A stretch of DNA of 64,000 nt. It comes from Amphiscolops sp. MND2022 (lineage: Eukaryota). Positions 34,846 to 47,976 of this stretch are shown one piece after another; the first letter of the stretch is position 1, and the number at the start of each line of letters is the position of its first letter. The notes beneath the pieces are model-generated. The model was not told the DNA's origin. It saw only the letters and a program-made list of their open reading frames with translations, and did not search any database. The stretch is taken from positions 29,080,001-29,144,000 of the forward strand of contig OZ076409.1 of assembly GCA_964187785.1 (NCBI GenBank), read 5' to 3'. Made by a program: the position numbers and the translations under genes.

Positions 34846-35872
34846 ATTTTCCGCCCACATAAATGGGGGAGGAAAATCATGATCCGTGACGCGTTTTTTT
34901 TAACCAATTTTGCCAAATCTCCACGATCTCCATCAACTACTTGACTATTTTACTTACCAGTAACTAAAATAGTCAAGTAGTTTTAGTTACTAGTTTATCA
35001 TTTTGCTTTCCCAGCTAGTAGTGGGTTCGAACCCGGGCTGGTGCTTGAAATTTTTCCTGTTTCCCAGCCAGTAGGTCGTGGGTTCGATACTCTCCTTCGC
35101 TATGATTTTTGCAATAAGCGTGTCGCGGAAAATATCCCGGTGCTTAGCGGGCGTCTTGTTTCAATCTATAGAGTTGAGGTGATTGAATAAACCGAGAGTT
35201 AGCACATTTGTATTTGTGATTGCCTAATTGTTTGTCAACTGACTGCCAGAGTTGGATCATCATTAGATTTTGGAAAAAAAATTTTTCAAAGTCGTTTCGT
35301 ATACTACTATATTGCTGCAGTATTTGAAGGGGAATCCAATCAAAGTATGCATCACTTTGGTTACTCACTGGAGTTAAATTTCACTGCACGGAGGACGAAA
35401 TAACAGAAAAGACCCATCATTTGACCAATTGCGCAAAAATGTAGTTTCAAATCCAATTTTAAGTTTTCACAAATCTTACTACTTTCTTTCTATAAATTAC
35501 GAGTTTCTATATCACGGGGTACTTGTTTTTTTTCCAGCAAAATAGCTATGAATCCACACATAGCTGTTTCATTGAATGTCACTTTTTGTTATGTATAATT
35601 GGTAAACAATTTAAATGGTAGAAGTCTGGTGAACGCGTCGCAAAGTGACACTTTTAAAAGTTGCAGACACTTTTTCACCTTCTTCTGCGAATTTCATCCC
35701 CTTAGTCACCGAATATTTTCAAAATCATCTAATATCCGCGTATCTTAAAAATATTAAATATGAATTTGATCTGATTGCAGAACGGGCATCAAAAACACAA
35801 TTTTAATTAGCTCTTTGGAAAAAGAACGAAAGTTACATAAACAATATTTCATTCAAGTCTTTTTGCAATGAT

Positions 35873-37236
35873 TGTAAGAGCCACGTCCTGTGGTGTCTCT
35901 CAAATCACCAACGGACCGTCAGTCCTTTTTCGTTATTTTAGATTTCAAGCCGGATGAACTTTCCCTGTTCTCCTGACTACTTGGTGAAATACTGACCTCA
36001 GTGTCCCTATTTCCTGAAGATGACATTGAACTAACAATGTTCTCAATCTCTGGTATAACTCTCTCTGATATAGCAGTGTTGATTGCACTATTTATCTGAT
36101 TATGGACCATGCACATCATGGAATCCATTTCTTGAGACAAACTAAGATTAAACTCGTTTGAGAAAGTTTCGAAAGACTGCCTAACGTCATTTCGCCCAAT
36201 AGGTTCGTTTTCTTGTGCAAAATTTCCATAGTTGCCCCTGTGGTACCCATTGTCCTCGGTGTCTCCTTGGACGGAGGACTGTTCAATTGCATCTGCTAAA
36301 TCCCTCTCTATAGGGTATTCTCCTGCACTTCTCAGCATTATGTCTAGGTTATCTATATCAGACATCATGTCTAATTCTCTCGATTTCCTAGCTTTAGCTT
36401 TCTGTCTTCTTGTGGAAGGCATAAATGTTTCTATTAGGTAAATATTTGAATTATCCCAATAAACTTTACCAACAAAAGTTGATAGTACTTGTTCACAGTA
36501 TACAAAAGGTAAAATACTGCTTTCGGTGAAGGTTCTCAATATTGTGTCCCAAGGACCACGAACACCTTGTTTATATATCCATGGTAGGGTGACAGCCCAA
36601 ATTCAGAGAGTCATGAAACTATTTTTAGAATCAGCGAGTTATAAATAGTATTATGTCATAACACCGTGGTCTAAAAATAGACATCAAAGCCTGTCGGCTA
36701 GGGTTGTTCATGTGGACTCAATGCACATTAAAGTTATAAGCATTAAAGGGGATGCTTGGCAAATCAGACTAGCAGTCCTTTAATTACTACTAAGCAAACT
36801 GATAGATAAAGGCCGAGTACGGCAGTCATACAAAGCCGCGCCATACTAGAATGAATGAATTAATCAACTACTGCGCTGTGATTGGTCGATTTAATAATTG
36901 GACCGGTTGTCCTCAACGACAGGAGAGGAAACATTTGAACTCGTTTCCTCTACCTGTACGCCTTGGTGTCCAATTATTAATTTATTCAATCAACTTTACA
37001 CGTTGAAATGTAACTAATATAACACAACAACTAAATAGATATAGCTACATGAAAATAACAGTACAAAAATAGTTTTGCTGTAAAAGTTTCAGTCTTGTTT
37101 TACTTTAATTTCTGGGCCTGATTGTAGCGCCTGATCTGTGATCTTCCTTAGTTGAGGGGGATTGTTCCCTGCAATACTCTGTCGTAGCCATAGGCTACTG
37201 AGTACCAGGTGCCATCGCAGGCGGCCGCCTGCGACA
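35873..37236 (-). repeat. 3' LTR of C (1,364 bp)
   Basis: Direct repeat of 49651-51209 with substitutions and one internal deletion. Confidence 0.95.
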
Positions 37237-37969
37237 CTCCCCCTGGCATAAGTAAAAATGTGCCCGCAGCCATTCCGTCCAGAAAGGCTCTTTTCCTTCT
37301 CTCGGTCTCTGCAAGGGTTTCACCCGGCACGACAGTTTTGTCGATGTAATCATTGACCGTCTCTGTCTGAATCTGCAGAACTGATTTCCCACAGATTACG
37401 CAATCTGAACAGCCTGCAAGGCCAACACCCTCAGATAAAGCCATACCATCAAAGTGACTTGCAACTGTTTCGATCGATGCAGTGTCCGCTGAATATGAAC
37501 AAGTTGGCGTCTCTTGCACACGAGACGACCCTCTGTCTTCTGGGGGAGGCGACATCGGCGTATCAACCATGCGGCGTAAATCTCTACAAACATTGATAGG
37601 CTGATTGGTCTTGACTCGGGTGTCTCGTCCCACTGGTCCATCTCCTGATCCTAGATTGAAGAACTGTTGAGAAAATGTAGGAAAAGGTGGAAAGCTCGGT
37701 TTAGGTGTCCCACACTTAGCTTGCGCACTTGATGTCCCAGAGCTAGGAATGGCAATTGGCTCAGTTAGCTGTCTTTCAATGCATATAGCCATTATTTTCA
37801 CATCTGTAGATTCATCTTCTGACGATAAGTACAAATCGTCCACAGAGTACCCACAGTCCGAGTCCATCATTTCCTCCTCGTCACTATAAATGTATATAAT
37901 TGCTGGGGCCCCATCTAATCGGGCAGCGCCTTGGAAATCCATCGGGAATGTCTCAGAATTATCAGACAT
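37148..37969 (-). CDS. Accessory sense-strand ORF of C, 273 aa, unknown function
   Basis: Intact ATG ORF; acidic N-terminus, CxxCxxC motif, RRKR; reads through the PPT into the LTR. Confidence 0.6.
   Translation of the reverse strand: MSDNSETFPMDFQGAARLDGAPAIIYIYSDEEEMMDSDCGYSVDDLYLSSEDESTDVKIMAICIERQLTEPIAIPSSGTSSAQAKCGTPKPSFPPFPTFSQQFFNLGSGDGPVGRDTRVKTNQPINVCRDLRRMVDTPMSPPPEDRGSSRVQETPTCSYSADTASIETVASHFDGMALSEGVGLAGCSDCVICGKSVLQIQTETVNDYIDKTVVPGETLAETERRKRAFLDGMAAGTFLLMPGGVSQAAACDGTWYSVAYGYDRVLQGTIPLN
37237..37246 (-). promoter_or_regulatory. PPT of C
   Basis: CCAGGGGGAG abutting the LTR TG on the minus strand. Confidence 0.75.
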
Positions 37970-39310
37970 GTATCTGTCTTTTAGCAGTTTTTTGGCAATC
38001 TTGTGGACGTAAGAATTTCAAGTTAAGTCAACGTTTCTAGGGCGACTGATCTGATCAATTGAAATAGCAATAATGGCGATCCTCTCTCTTATCGGAACGC
38101 TAGGTCTCGTTGTTTCTCGGTTTGCGTTTCCCCAGGTTTTCCTTTTCGTTTCTGAGTTATTTTTCAATAACAAAATTTTTCGGGTAACTTTTTTCAACTA
38201 GTTATTATGACCACTTTGAAATTGCCGACGGCGGCATTGTTGACACTCATGGCCCTCATCACCACTCTCACTTCTTAAGCATCATGATGAGTGTTTATTA
38301 ACACTCATAGGCCAATTGAAGATTGTAAGTGGGAGAGGATTCGGTCGGAGGCCACGCTGTCTCGCCTTCCCAGTGATAACCAATCAGATTTCGTAAACAT
38401 GATTCCATTCATAAAATGGCAATCCGAGACCGTAAATCTTCATGAGGAATAAAATAATATGACCTTGAAAACTATATAAAATGAAATAAAATGGTAAAAT
38501 GATCAAATTATTATAAAATAACGAAATAATTGCATAAAACACTAAAGTTTTGGGGATAATGCAAAATAATGTAGATATAGCTGGCAGTCTTTAACTACAT
38601 AATGACGTAACTTGTAAATAATTGTAATTTGACACCAAACTGTATAGCCACGAACTCCAATCTCGACATTTTGTCAAATTGTTGATTCACCACTCAATTG
38701 CTTTATATTAGATTCCTTCATTTTCTTCTCCAATCGTATTATCCAGTATTCAGTCATTGTCATTATCAGTCTTTAACCGATAGTTAGTCAATTAGTATCT
38801 CTTCGTATTTATTTGTAGTTCTTCCTAACACAGTCTTCCTCTTGGGACTCAGTGTCCATCCGTCCTCATCACTGTGGATTTTCCGGATTTTTCCTGGACA
38901 ATCGACTTCCAGTCCCTATTGGCGTCTTCAGCTACCTCCAGCATACATTCTTTCTCCCACGAGGCAGGTCATCAAACAACTTCCAGGAACACTTTAGTGA
39001 CTCTAGCTAGTTGTATCCACTGTCCAAAGTCCTCTGTTGCAGTAAACTTCCACCAAGGGCTCAACAACTTCTTTGCAATAGCCGGATTAATTCTGATCCC
39101 TCTGCAATACCAAGTAAGCTGATGTTCTTTTAAATTTGAATAGGAATTAGGCTTGATCAAGGCTCTAATCACTTTCGTTGACTTCCTGTCCATTTAACAC
39201 AAGTGTTCACAAGTGTTCAAACAAATCTACTTCCGGAAGATTTCTTAGCGCGGTAAATGGACTTCAATTTAGGAAGGTTCCCGCTTGATATTTTCTCTTT
39301 TTATTTAGAC

Positions 39311-42300
39311 ATGTCGTCAGAGAACGTAGTAGGAGAAAACACCTTGCAGCCTCCCAGTACTGTAGAGGACGAACAGCCAGCGAATCCAGACCAAATTGCA
39401 ACGACTGTGACTCAACCTAGCATCCAAGAAGCTTCCATGGCTAGTCGAGAGGCACCGACTCCCAGTCCCTCCACTGAAGAAAGTGTAAGTGCCTACGTTG
39501 AACGGACGTTCCAAGAGTTGGGTCAGCGGCCAGAGGTGCAAATCCTTTCTTCCCTAGATGTCGGAAAAGAGATTCAAGCAGTGGCAGCAGAGGTCCCGAA
39601 ATCGTCAGTGTCTGATGCCATCATCCAAGCTTTTACTAACGTCGAAAGCCTCCCGGAGGATGAAATTGACGTGGACAAGCCTGAAGAAGAAATGAGCGAA
39701 ACAAGTCGATTTAAACTCAAGGCAGACTTCTTCCAGACTGACACGAGCGAGGTCGAGGATTTGTACGATAGTGCGGGTGCAGATACTACGACTAATAAGC
39801 CTACTTTAATTGCCCCAACACTTGTTGATCCCGAAACTGCACGCCCTGAAGGTCTAGAAGAGGGCCAAAATGACGATATCTCCAGTGTGGTAGCCAGAGC
39901 GCGTCTTCCAAAGGGCACGTCTACCCTTACAGTCCCAGGACGAGCTTTACTCAAGAAGTACTTCTCCGAGGCCCCACCAGTCCGACTGCCCATTGGTCAC
40001 CGTACCTTAGCCCTCAGTGAGCCTCAAGTTCACACTTTATTGAAAGTCATCTCGGACGAGGCTGTGGCGACATCTCTCCGCACAGTCCAGACATTGGTTA
40101 GTGACACCCTGAGAGTAGGAGGACGACTGTACAGTGGAGGGTTTACTCCTAGGGGGACTCATGCGGCCCGTAGCGTTTCAGAGAGCTCAGGAGATGATCC
40201 GAGTCGAGGGGGCCACACTACGGATGAATACACTAGCGGGGCACTCAGCTCCGACGATGAGTTCTTTGCGAGGCAAGTTAGACCTCCTTTAGTCTCCACC
40301 AGCGATCCACCTATGACGCCCACCACAAGTAGACCAGAAGAGACTGCACTTAGCCCTGGGTTTACTGCCTCAGACTACCAGCCACTGTCTCAGTTACGCC
40401 CGACCCCAAAGGGACCAAGTACTTCGAGGCCAGCTCGAAAACGACGAAGGCTGACAGGTTCCAAAGGCAAAGTCATGAAAGAGGCCTATTTGAAGGGTAT
40501 CAAATGGAACCGGCTTTTGTGACTGGCCCGTTAGACCCTGAACATAACAGGCATAAATTTTATTGCCAGATTTGTAAATCCAACGTATCGATCTTTTCCA
40601 AGGGGGCGGCAGAGATAATTAGGCACTATCAGGCAGAGTCGCACCTCCGCAAGGATCAACGCTGGAGATTTGAACACCTGCGAAGCGTTGACAAGTTACA
40701 GGTCAACTCAGACATGAGGTTCGTGGCAGAGATGGACATATTCTAACTGCCCTTGAATTGGAGGAAGAGAAGCCACTGTTCGAGAACGCCGTCTTAGTAG
40801 ACATCGGGGACAAACACCCATTTAACGACGATTATATGGCTGGCGTCACTTCATCGTCAAGCTTCGAGGAAATCAGGCTTTGCACGCAGATTTCTCTGAT
40901 CGGGTACTTTGTTCCTCGTGAGGGCGACGTCCTTGTCTTGCAGACTTTGTGGAATCAAGTGTGCGTCGCGGCTAACCACAAAGAACCCTTTTCGCCATTA
41001 GACTGGGGGGCGACAACGTTGACTGTAAGTATCTTCTTCTTTTGGAATAATGACTGGTAGGGATCACAATTTTAGTCAACTCATTTAGTTTCCCTTTTAA
41101 TTTCAGACTTCCTCTGCGGCGGGAGTGACATTGCCCATCATGTCAACAACTCGGGCAAATACTCCCTTGAATTTGAGTCTGTGGGTTTATACTGCGAAAT
41201 TTCTATCCGCTTCTGGAAAAGAGACAACCTGTCCACAGTTCGTCTCATGCGTTACCGCTTGGCTAGCGAGCATGCTGCAGGAATGTTGACTGCTATAGCC
41301 CGTATTCTCTCTTTCTTGTCCGTTCAGCCACAGATGGTCAGTTTGTCAGGGTGCCCCTCCGAACTGATTCCGATATTAGAGCAATCTAAACTCCTGTCAA
41401 AAGGGATCCAATACCCTTTCCGATTCGACGCGTTTTCGCTACCCAAGGTCATGCATCAGCGGCGGGGAAGTATTTTCGGGGGCATAAATTTCTTCTCCCA
41501 GCTCCGCTTCCTGGTCACATTCCTGGATGGCTGTCAGAATCAAATCTGGGCAACACAGTCACCAGAACTCAGCAAGGTAAATATACACTTACCCTCCTAG
41601 GTGATTATGACTAGGGGGACACGATTTTCTGGTTCTTCTATTTAGGCGATCTCAACATGCAAACTGGAGATTACATCCATCCCCTCAATTTGTTCTGAAC
41701 TGCTGGCCGACTGGAAAGCCGTGCGTGACTACATGACTCGCACTGCTCCCACACAGGAAAATCAAGGTGTTCGACACAGGGCCCAGAGTCTCGAGTGGAG
41801 CATCATAGGAGATGAATTCTTCCATCTCAAACTTGAATTCTTTGGCCGGATTGTCCGTGATTGTTAGTATTCCTCTCCTTATCCTACTGATAAGACCATG
41901 TTCGGATATCTGCTTGTTTTCACATATAGGCAGTTCTTAAATTGATCTAACAGGACTGAAGGTCTATCTGTACGATACTGGTGTAGTCCAAATGATATCG
42001 TTGTTTTCCAGATGTCAAGTGTTTCGAGGGAAGTTTTTCACGATGCAAGGATTCTGGCTTCATCACATATCGGGAATTGCGACAATTCTTCCGAAAGCTG
42101 TGTTACAGTTCGCTGCTCCCCAAACATTCGCCTGATGAGTCAGATTGGTCAGGACTGTTTGCCTTGCAAGGACAAACCCTCACACAGCTCTCTAGTCGAG
42201 ATTTCCTCCATCGGCCTAAATTGAAGGGAGATTTGGACGCTGCTTGCCGAATCCGTGCCAGGCGAGAGGTGGACGACCCTGAAAGCGTGCACAAAGACTT

Positions 42301-43165
42301 TGAGACTGCAGTTGAGTCAGTCAAAGAGGAATTGGTTGTCAAAGCACGCAATTATCTGGTTTTTCTGCTCGAACGCTTCTTAGATGTCGTCAGTTTCAAC
42401 TCTGATATTGTCAAGGGCATGAGTGGTTTTGACCCTGTGGTTCTTTTGTCAGTACCATATGACCACGCAGCCTCTTGTTTCTCAACCCTTTATTATTCCT
42501 TCAGTCTTCGTGAGTGGATGGACAACACGCCTGAGGCTGAGGCCCGAGACGAATACCTTGAGTTCCTGGACTTTTTCCGGAATAAGTACGAGGATTTCCG
42601 TGTTGCCCCTGAGACCTTTACTGACATGGTCAGCTTGCTTTCCCCTATGCCTGAGCTGAGGTCTCGTAGACATCTCTTCTTTTTGTTCCAGTTAGGCTGT
42701 CTCTGCCTAACTTCGCAACTTCCCACCTTGCCTGCTGTTAAGTTTCAAGGAGTAGACAGCAGTGATGCTCGTTGCCGGTTGTCTGATGTCATCCTTCCAG
42801 CCCAGTTTTATCTTTCTAACGTAATTGGGTCAGTCGCCGTGTGTACCACCGAAGCCTGCTTAGACAAGTATCGGCAGCTTGAGTCTAGCTTTGCCAAAGG
42901 GAACGTTGCTGGAGACCCCTGGGCTCACGTAGATAGTTTTGGAAGAGTCAACTTCCAAAAGGCTGTGATTTCCGCACAAAAGGCCCTGCGAGAGAAGCCA
43001 TGGTCTGCTAGTCGGTCCCCTGCCTCGTCGGTTTCCAGTACTGGAGGGCGCGCATGCAATCGGCCCCCAAACAAGAACAAAAACGGGGTAAAGTTTGGAA
43101 CTACGTCCTTTTCTGAAGCTCCCGCTCCTACTGAAAACTTGTTGCCAGGAGGCTCTAAAGATTAA
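39311..43165 (+). pseudogene. Antisense spliced gene inside C: zinc-finger protein with hAT-transposase-like body (two frameshifts near 40510 and 40695)
   Basis: Exons 39311-41024, 41076-41576, 41646-41862 and 42012-43165 join in frame across GT-AG introns; FYCQIC...RH....SH zinc finger; RPARKRRR NLS-like motif. Confidence 0.75.
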
Positions 43166-43390
43166 ATGTACATAATGTACATTTGTTTAGTAGTTGCATG
43201 ATTTGTATTTGTTATGGTAGTTGTGCTTCCGTTTTTTGTTGTATATTTTGATGTTTTCTGTTGTATTTCTAGGCCATCTGGTCTGTTTGGTCATATCTCC
43301 CTTTATATATATTCAGTGAAGTGCAGTAAAGAATAGTACGACAGTTTGTCGGTCCACAGGACTAATCTGGACGTTAATTTACATATCTGA

Positions 43391-46300
43391 TTAGTATCTG
43401 TATTCATCAGTAAAGTTGGGGGTGGGGTTAGGTCGAAGATTATATTTCCCTCCTCTAGGACTCAAGTTTTCCTCAGAATTTCCATTTTCCGATATTCCGG
43501 GCACGGTAATATCTGCGCCCCTTTCTGAAACGTTTTCAGTATCATTTAATTCATTAGTGACGTCATTTTTAGTTTCCGTCCCACTAGGCGATTCATTCAG
43601 AGGGGACGACGCGTCACGGCTGCTGGCCGATCTCGGCCTTACTTCATTCTCGCTGACGTCATTGTCATTCATTCTCTCGCTGCTGCGCTCAATTTCATTT
43701 ACGCTGCTGCTTTCATTCTCGGTGACGTAGTAGTCGACTTCGCCGTTCGTGGCGTCCTGCGGCAGACGCGTGGCCGTCTCTGGCCAATCATTTCTCTTTG
43801 GCTCAAACAGCTCGTATTCAAAGTCGGCTTCCCATGCAATAGTATACAAATCGTCTTGCGGTATTATTTTTTCGTCGTCGGGCTGTAATTTTTCTACCTT
43901 GTATTTGTCTTCCAATGGGGTATTTGGGACTAACTTTTTGAGCCTATTACGATGCAATATCTGCGTTTTGTTCGTATTTAAACGACGCACTTTATAATTA
44001 TTGTTTGGCAAGACTGTTTGAACGACAAAAGGACCAATACATCGGAAGTCCCTAAATGGGATTTTAGAGCCTTGGCTATCCGCTTTCGGTTGAAGAACAA
44101 AGCAGTAGTCTTTCTCCAGTAGCGGAGCCGCCTTGGCCTTGCGGTAGTAATACTCTTTGTACTTTAAATACGACTGCATGATATTCTTTTTCGTCTGGTC
44201 AATGAGGATTTTTGTCTTCTGCTGTAGTTCTTCCGCGAAGTCAGTTGTCGGTAGGAAGTTTTTATTATGGTTATTTCCCAATTTGTGATCTAGGACGTTA
44301 TAGGGAATTCGGCCGTGGATAACCTTGCTAGACTCACATCCAATACTGGAGTGGTAAGTAGTGTTGTAATTGAGTACCGCTAGTGGCAAGTATTTGTGCC
44401 ATTGACGACGATATTCCCCTGAGGCCATCTTCAAATTGGTCTTTAGAGAAGCATGAGTCCTTTCGAGTTTGCCGATCGTTTGCGGGTGCTTTGTAGTAGC
44501 ACATTCGAGTGTTATTTCCAATATTGCAGTAATTTCCGCTAGAATCGTTGAACTAAATGCGGACCCCTTGTCTGTGATGAGGGTTGTCGGCAAATAAGAG
44601 TGTTTCGTTATTATATCGATTATTACCTTTGCTACGTTTGCGGCTGTTGCCTCAATCAGCGGATAGGTGAATAAGTATCTTGAAAATACATCTATTGCCG
44701 TCATCACTGTCTGGTATCCGCCGCTAGTCGGTAAATTTGGTAACAGGTCAATTTGCATGGCATCTTCTGGCCCGAGATCCCATTCAGGCAAATTCAGTAA
44801 CTCTGGGGTAATTACCGCATTAGGGACCCGTTTGTCTCTGGCACATATTTCACAGCCATCTACCCATTTTTTGACATGTTTTGCTATTCCAGGGTAGTAG
44901 TACTTTTGGCGAATTTCATGCAGCATTTTAGAAATTCCTGGGAGTCGATGTGCCGTGCCATGTATTGCTTGTAATAATTCTTGAACTAGGTGTTTCGCTA
45001 ACAGAATTTGATGATATTTGATCTGTCCAGTTTCGTCATAGTACTGCCTTGTCACGATTTTGTCCTTAAGGACTATTCGGTCTATGTTGTTCAAATAGTA
45101 CTTGTACCGAATATCCTGTTGCAGGATTTCTTCAGAGTATTCTTCCTTCTGAATTTTTGCTTTCAATTGGAGCAAAATCGGATCTTTACACTGTTCAAGC
45201 AGCATCTGGTTAGTTCGTCGCAATTTTTGAGTGAAATTGGTAATTTCTTCTATTGTATTTTCGGATATTGCGTCAATGTGAATGATTGTCTCAGGGACCA
45301 TGATTGGATTGTTTCTTTTGGAAACCGGTACTTTTTGGATTGTTTTTTCTGTTCCCAAATCTGTTCTTCTGTTTCGTTATCCTCCTCAGTGAAGAAAATT
45401 TGCTCTTCGTGTGACACGCCGGCTGATTGGACATTGACCTCGATCGGTCTAGTTTCTACGTCCTCTCGTACTTTCAGGACCAACTTTTCAGTAGGGTCCA
45501 TTTCCATACGGGACAGGTAGTCTGCCGCTGTGTTGTTCTTGCCTGGAATGTGAGCAATAATGAAGTTGAACTGAATGACGAAATCACAAGCATTCAGTGT
45601 GGCGGTGGAATTATCTTGGTCTGGAAGAACCTCGTGACCGATTTGTTATCTGTGAGGATAATCACGGGTTGAGGTGTTCCCCAGAATATATGTCGAAACT
45701 CCTTAAATGCATAATATATAGCTAGGAATTCCTTTGCATATATCGACATTTTGAGCTGAGAAGGCGTGAAAGTTTTGGATCCGTATGCAATCGGCGCATA
45801 GGGAATTTTAACGGAAGTGTGTTTTTGATTTGGGTCGTCCTCGGTCAATATGGCGTAACCGGCTGCTGTAAAACTTGCGTCAGTCATGAGGACCAGCTGT
45901 TTGTTCGGCAGAGGTTGTTTCAACGCCAATTGACTACATCGGTCTAAATCGCGGTTGATTTCATTAAATTGTTCAACCAGCTCTTGCGTCACTAGTACCT
46001 TCTCGTCCTTTTTGAGCAATTGGAAGAAGGGAACTAGTTTTTCGGATAGTCTTGGTATATAATTCCTGTGTTAATTGAGGAAGCCAAGATAACGCTGTAA
46101 GGCCTTCTTGGACTTTGGGAATTTCGTCTTTTCCAAGAAGTTGGTAATTCTTCCCTTTTGGGGTTTTACTCCTTCTGGGGTGATGGTTCTTCCAAGAAAA
46201 TCAATTTCGGTAGCGCCAAAATGGCATTTGTGCATCGACAGTTTGAGTCCGGCTTCTCTGATACATTCAAAGGTAGCCCTGAGATTTGCTATCAAGTGTT

Positions 46301-47976
46301 CGGCGTCGTTTGCTGCAATGCCAATATCGTCTACATATTGGGCGCATTGGTCAGCTTTTATAACTCGGTCCAAATATTCCCGCATGAAACTGGAAAAGGC
46401 CGATAGGGATCGACTAAGGCCTTGCGCCAATCTGCGATAGGCAAAGGTCCTGCTAGCAAAGTTGAAGGCTAACATTTCGATGGACTCTGGTCCGCCATTG
46501 GGAGACAATGATAGGCCTGCGAGCAATCGAGTTTGCAGAAAAGTTTTTTTCCGGCCATATGTTGGGCGGCGTCCGTTAAGGTACTGACGGGGTGATTGTT
46601 ATTAATATAATCGTCCGAGATGAGTTTATTGATTTTCCTCAAGTCAACCAGCAGTCTTAACTTGCTGTTGGGTTTTTTCTGGGCGAATATGGGGCTGGCA
46701 TACTTTGAGAATGGTAGTGTCGTTATAATACCATATTTATGCAGTAAAGCCAGTTCGACCAATATATCCTCTTTGAGATTGACCGGAGTAGGTAAGCTCT
46801 GGCTATAGGCAGGTGCTTTATCCTTCGGGGTCAATTTGACCGTAAATGCTTCATTGACGCCAATATCAAATCTGTGGCGCGCGAAGATGTCGTGGAAGTC
46901 TACCAATAGGGCTTCTATTTGTTTGATCTCATGTTGTTGTAGCATTGAATCCTTCCAGTCAAAATTGCTGAGGAATTTTCGCCTAAATTCAGCATTGTCT
47001 TGCGGGTTGAGTTTTTCTATTTCCTCGAGGTTTCGTAGTTCTCTGAGAATTCTTTGTTGGATAGGCGTATGTGACGCTTCGTCCCCTGGGTTCTCAGGTG
47101 TCGGGAACCAATATTGTTCGTATTGGTCATTGTTTCTGTTGGCTTTGAGAAGACTGCTGATGTAGCAAATAGCATCTTCCTCATTCTCATTTAATAGATG
47201 CCAGGTGGACACCGGGTCTATCGGCCTGACATGTTTCATTTGCTCAGGGGTCATCACTGAAAAATTCGCAATATGTAGTCCTTTCTTGAGTTTATAAGGT
47301 TGGTCAGTAAAGTTATTAATGTGTATCCTTAAAGTCCCTTCATGCAATGTGACTATGGTGGCGCAAAATGTGACGTCGCCTTCTTCATGCAGGAGATCGC
47401 TGGGCTGTAATATCCCTGTTACTGCATTTTCTGCATAGATTTGGGACGGTATCGCAATGACCACAAGGTCATTCGGAGGGATTGTGACGTCTTCAGGGTT
47501 GAGAATTGGCTCCATTACATTGGAGTACTTGTGGTCAGCCGTTTTAGTTGCATCGAGAAGTAGGGGAAGTTGAGTATACCTTGGCGCATATCCAAGACGG
47601 TGTGGTTCCTCTGCAGGAACATCAGTCCAATTATGGGGCTAGACAATTTTTCCATTACAATGAAAATTTCATGAAATTCTATGTCTCCCACTTCCAATTT
47701 TAGTTCAACTGTGCTCTTTGGGGTTTCTAAATCACCATTTGCGACCAGTATTTGGAAAGATGGAGCAGGGCCTTCTTTTACTATTGATTGGGTGGCCAAT
47801 AGGCGTATTTTCCTGAGGTCTGCTTCCGGTATTGCACTGGAGTGGGCTCCAGTGTCGATTAGGCCGTCTAGGGTCAACTCCCCAAAATCCATTGGGAAAT
47901 AGTGCATTCGTCTTTTAAATTTGAGCCCAAGGATTGTTGGAAGGGGAACGTAGGACGGTTCTCCTTCCTTGGCCAC
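43391..47976 (-). pseudogene. pol: pol of C: protease, RT, RNase H, integrase (multiple frameshifts and stops)
   Basis: LIDTGAHSS, LRLLVDLR, YVDD, MTDAS, CEIC zinc finger, QIDLL/ITDKG/KLER DDE core, GPF motif. Confidence 0.95.

Noticed and set aside
35005..35095. tRNA genes
   Set aside because: Only T-arm/B-box-like GGTTCGA motifs; no cloverleaf could be built
35144..35368. Downstream P450 exon
   Set aside because: No diagnostic CYP motif or convincing splice sites
35919..36539. 206-aa ORF as an independent gene
   Set aside because: It is the LTR-borne duplicate of C's gag N-terminus
41025..41106. Alternative 82-nt first intron using the stronger TTTCAG acceptor
   Set aside because: Breaks the frame unless a small deletion follows; the 51-nt intron keeps frame. 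Unresolved without RNA data
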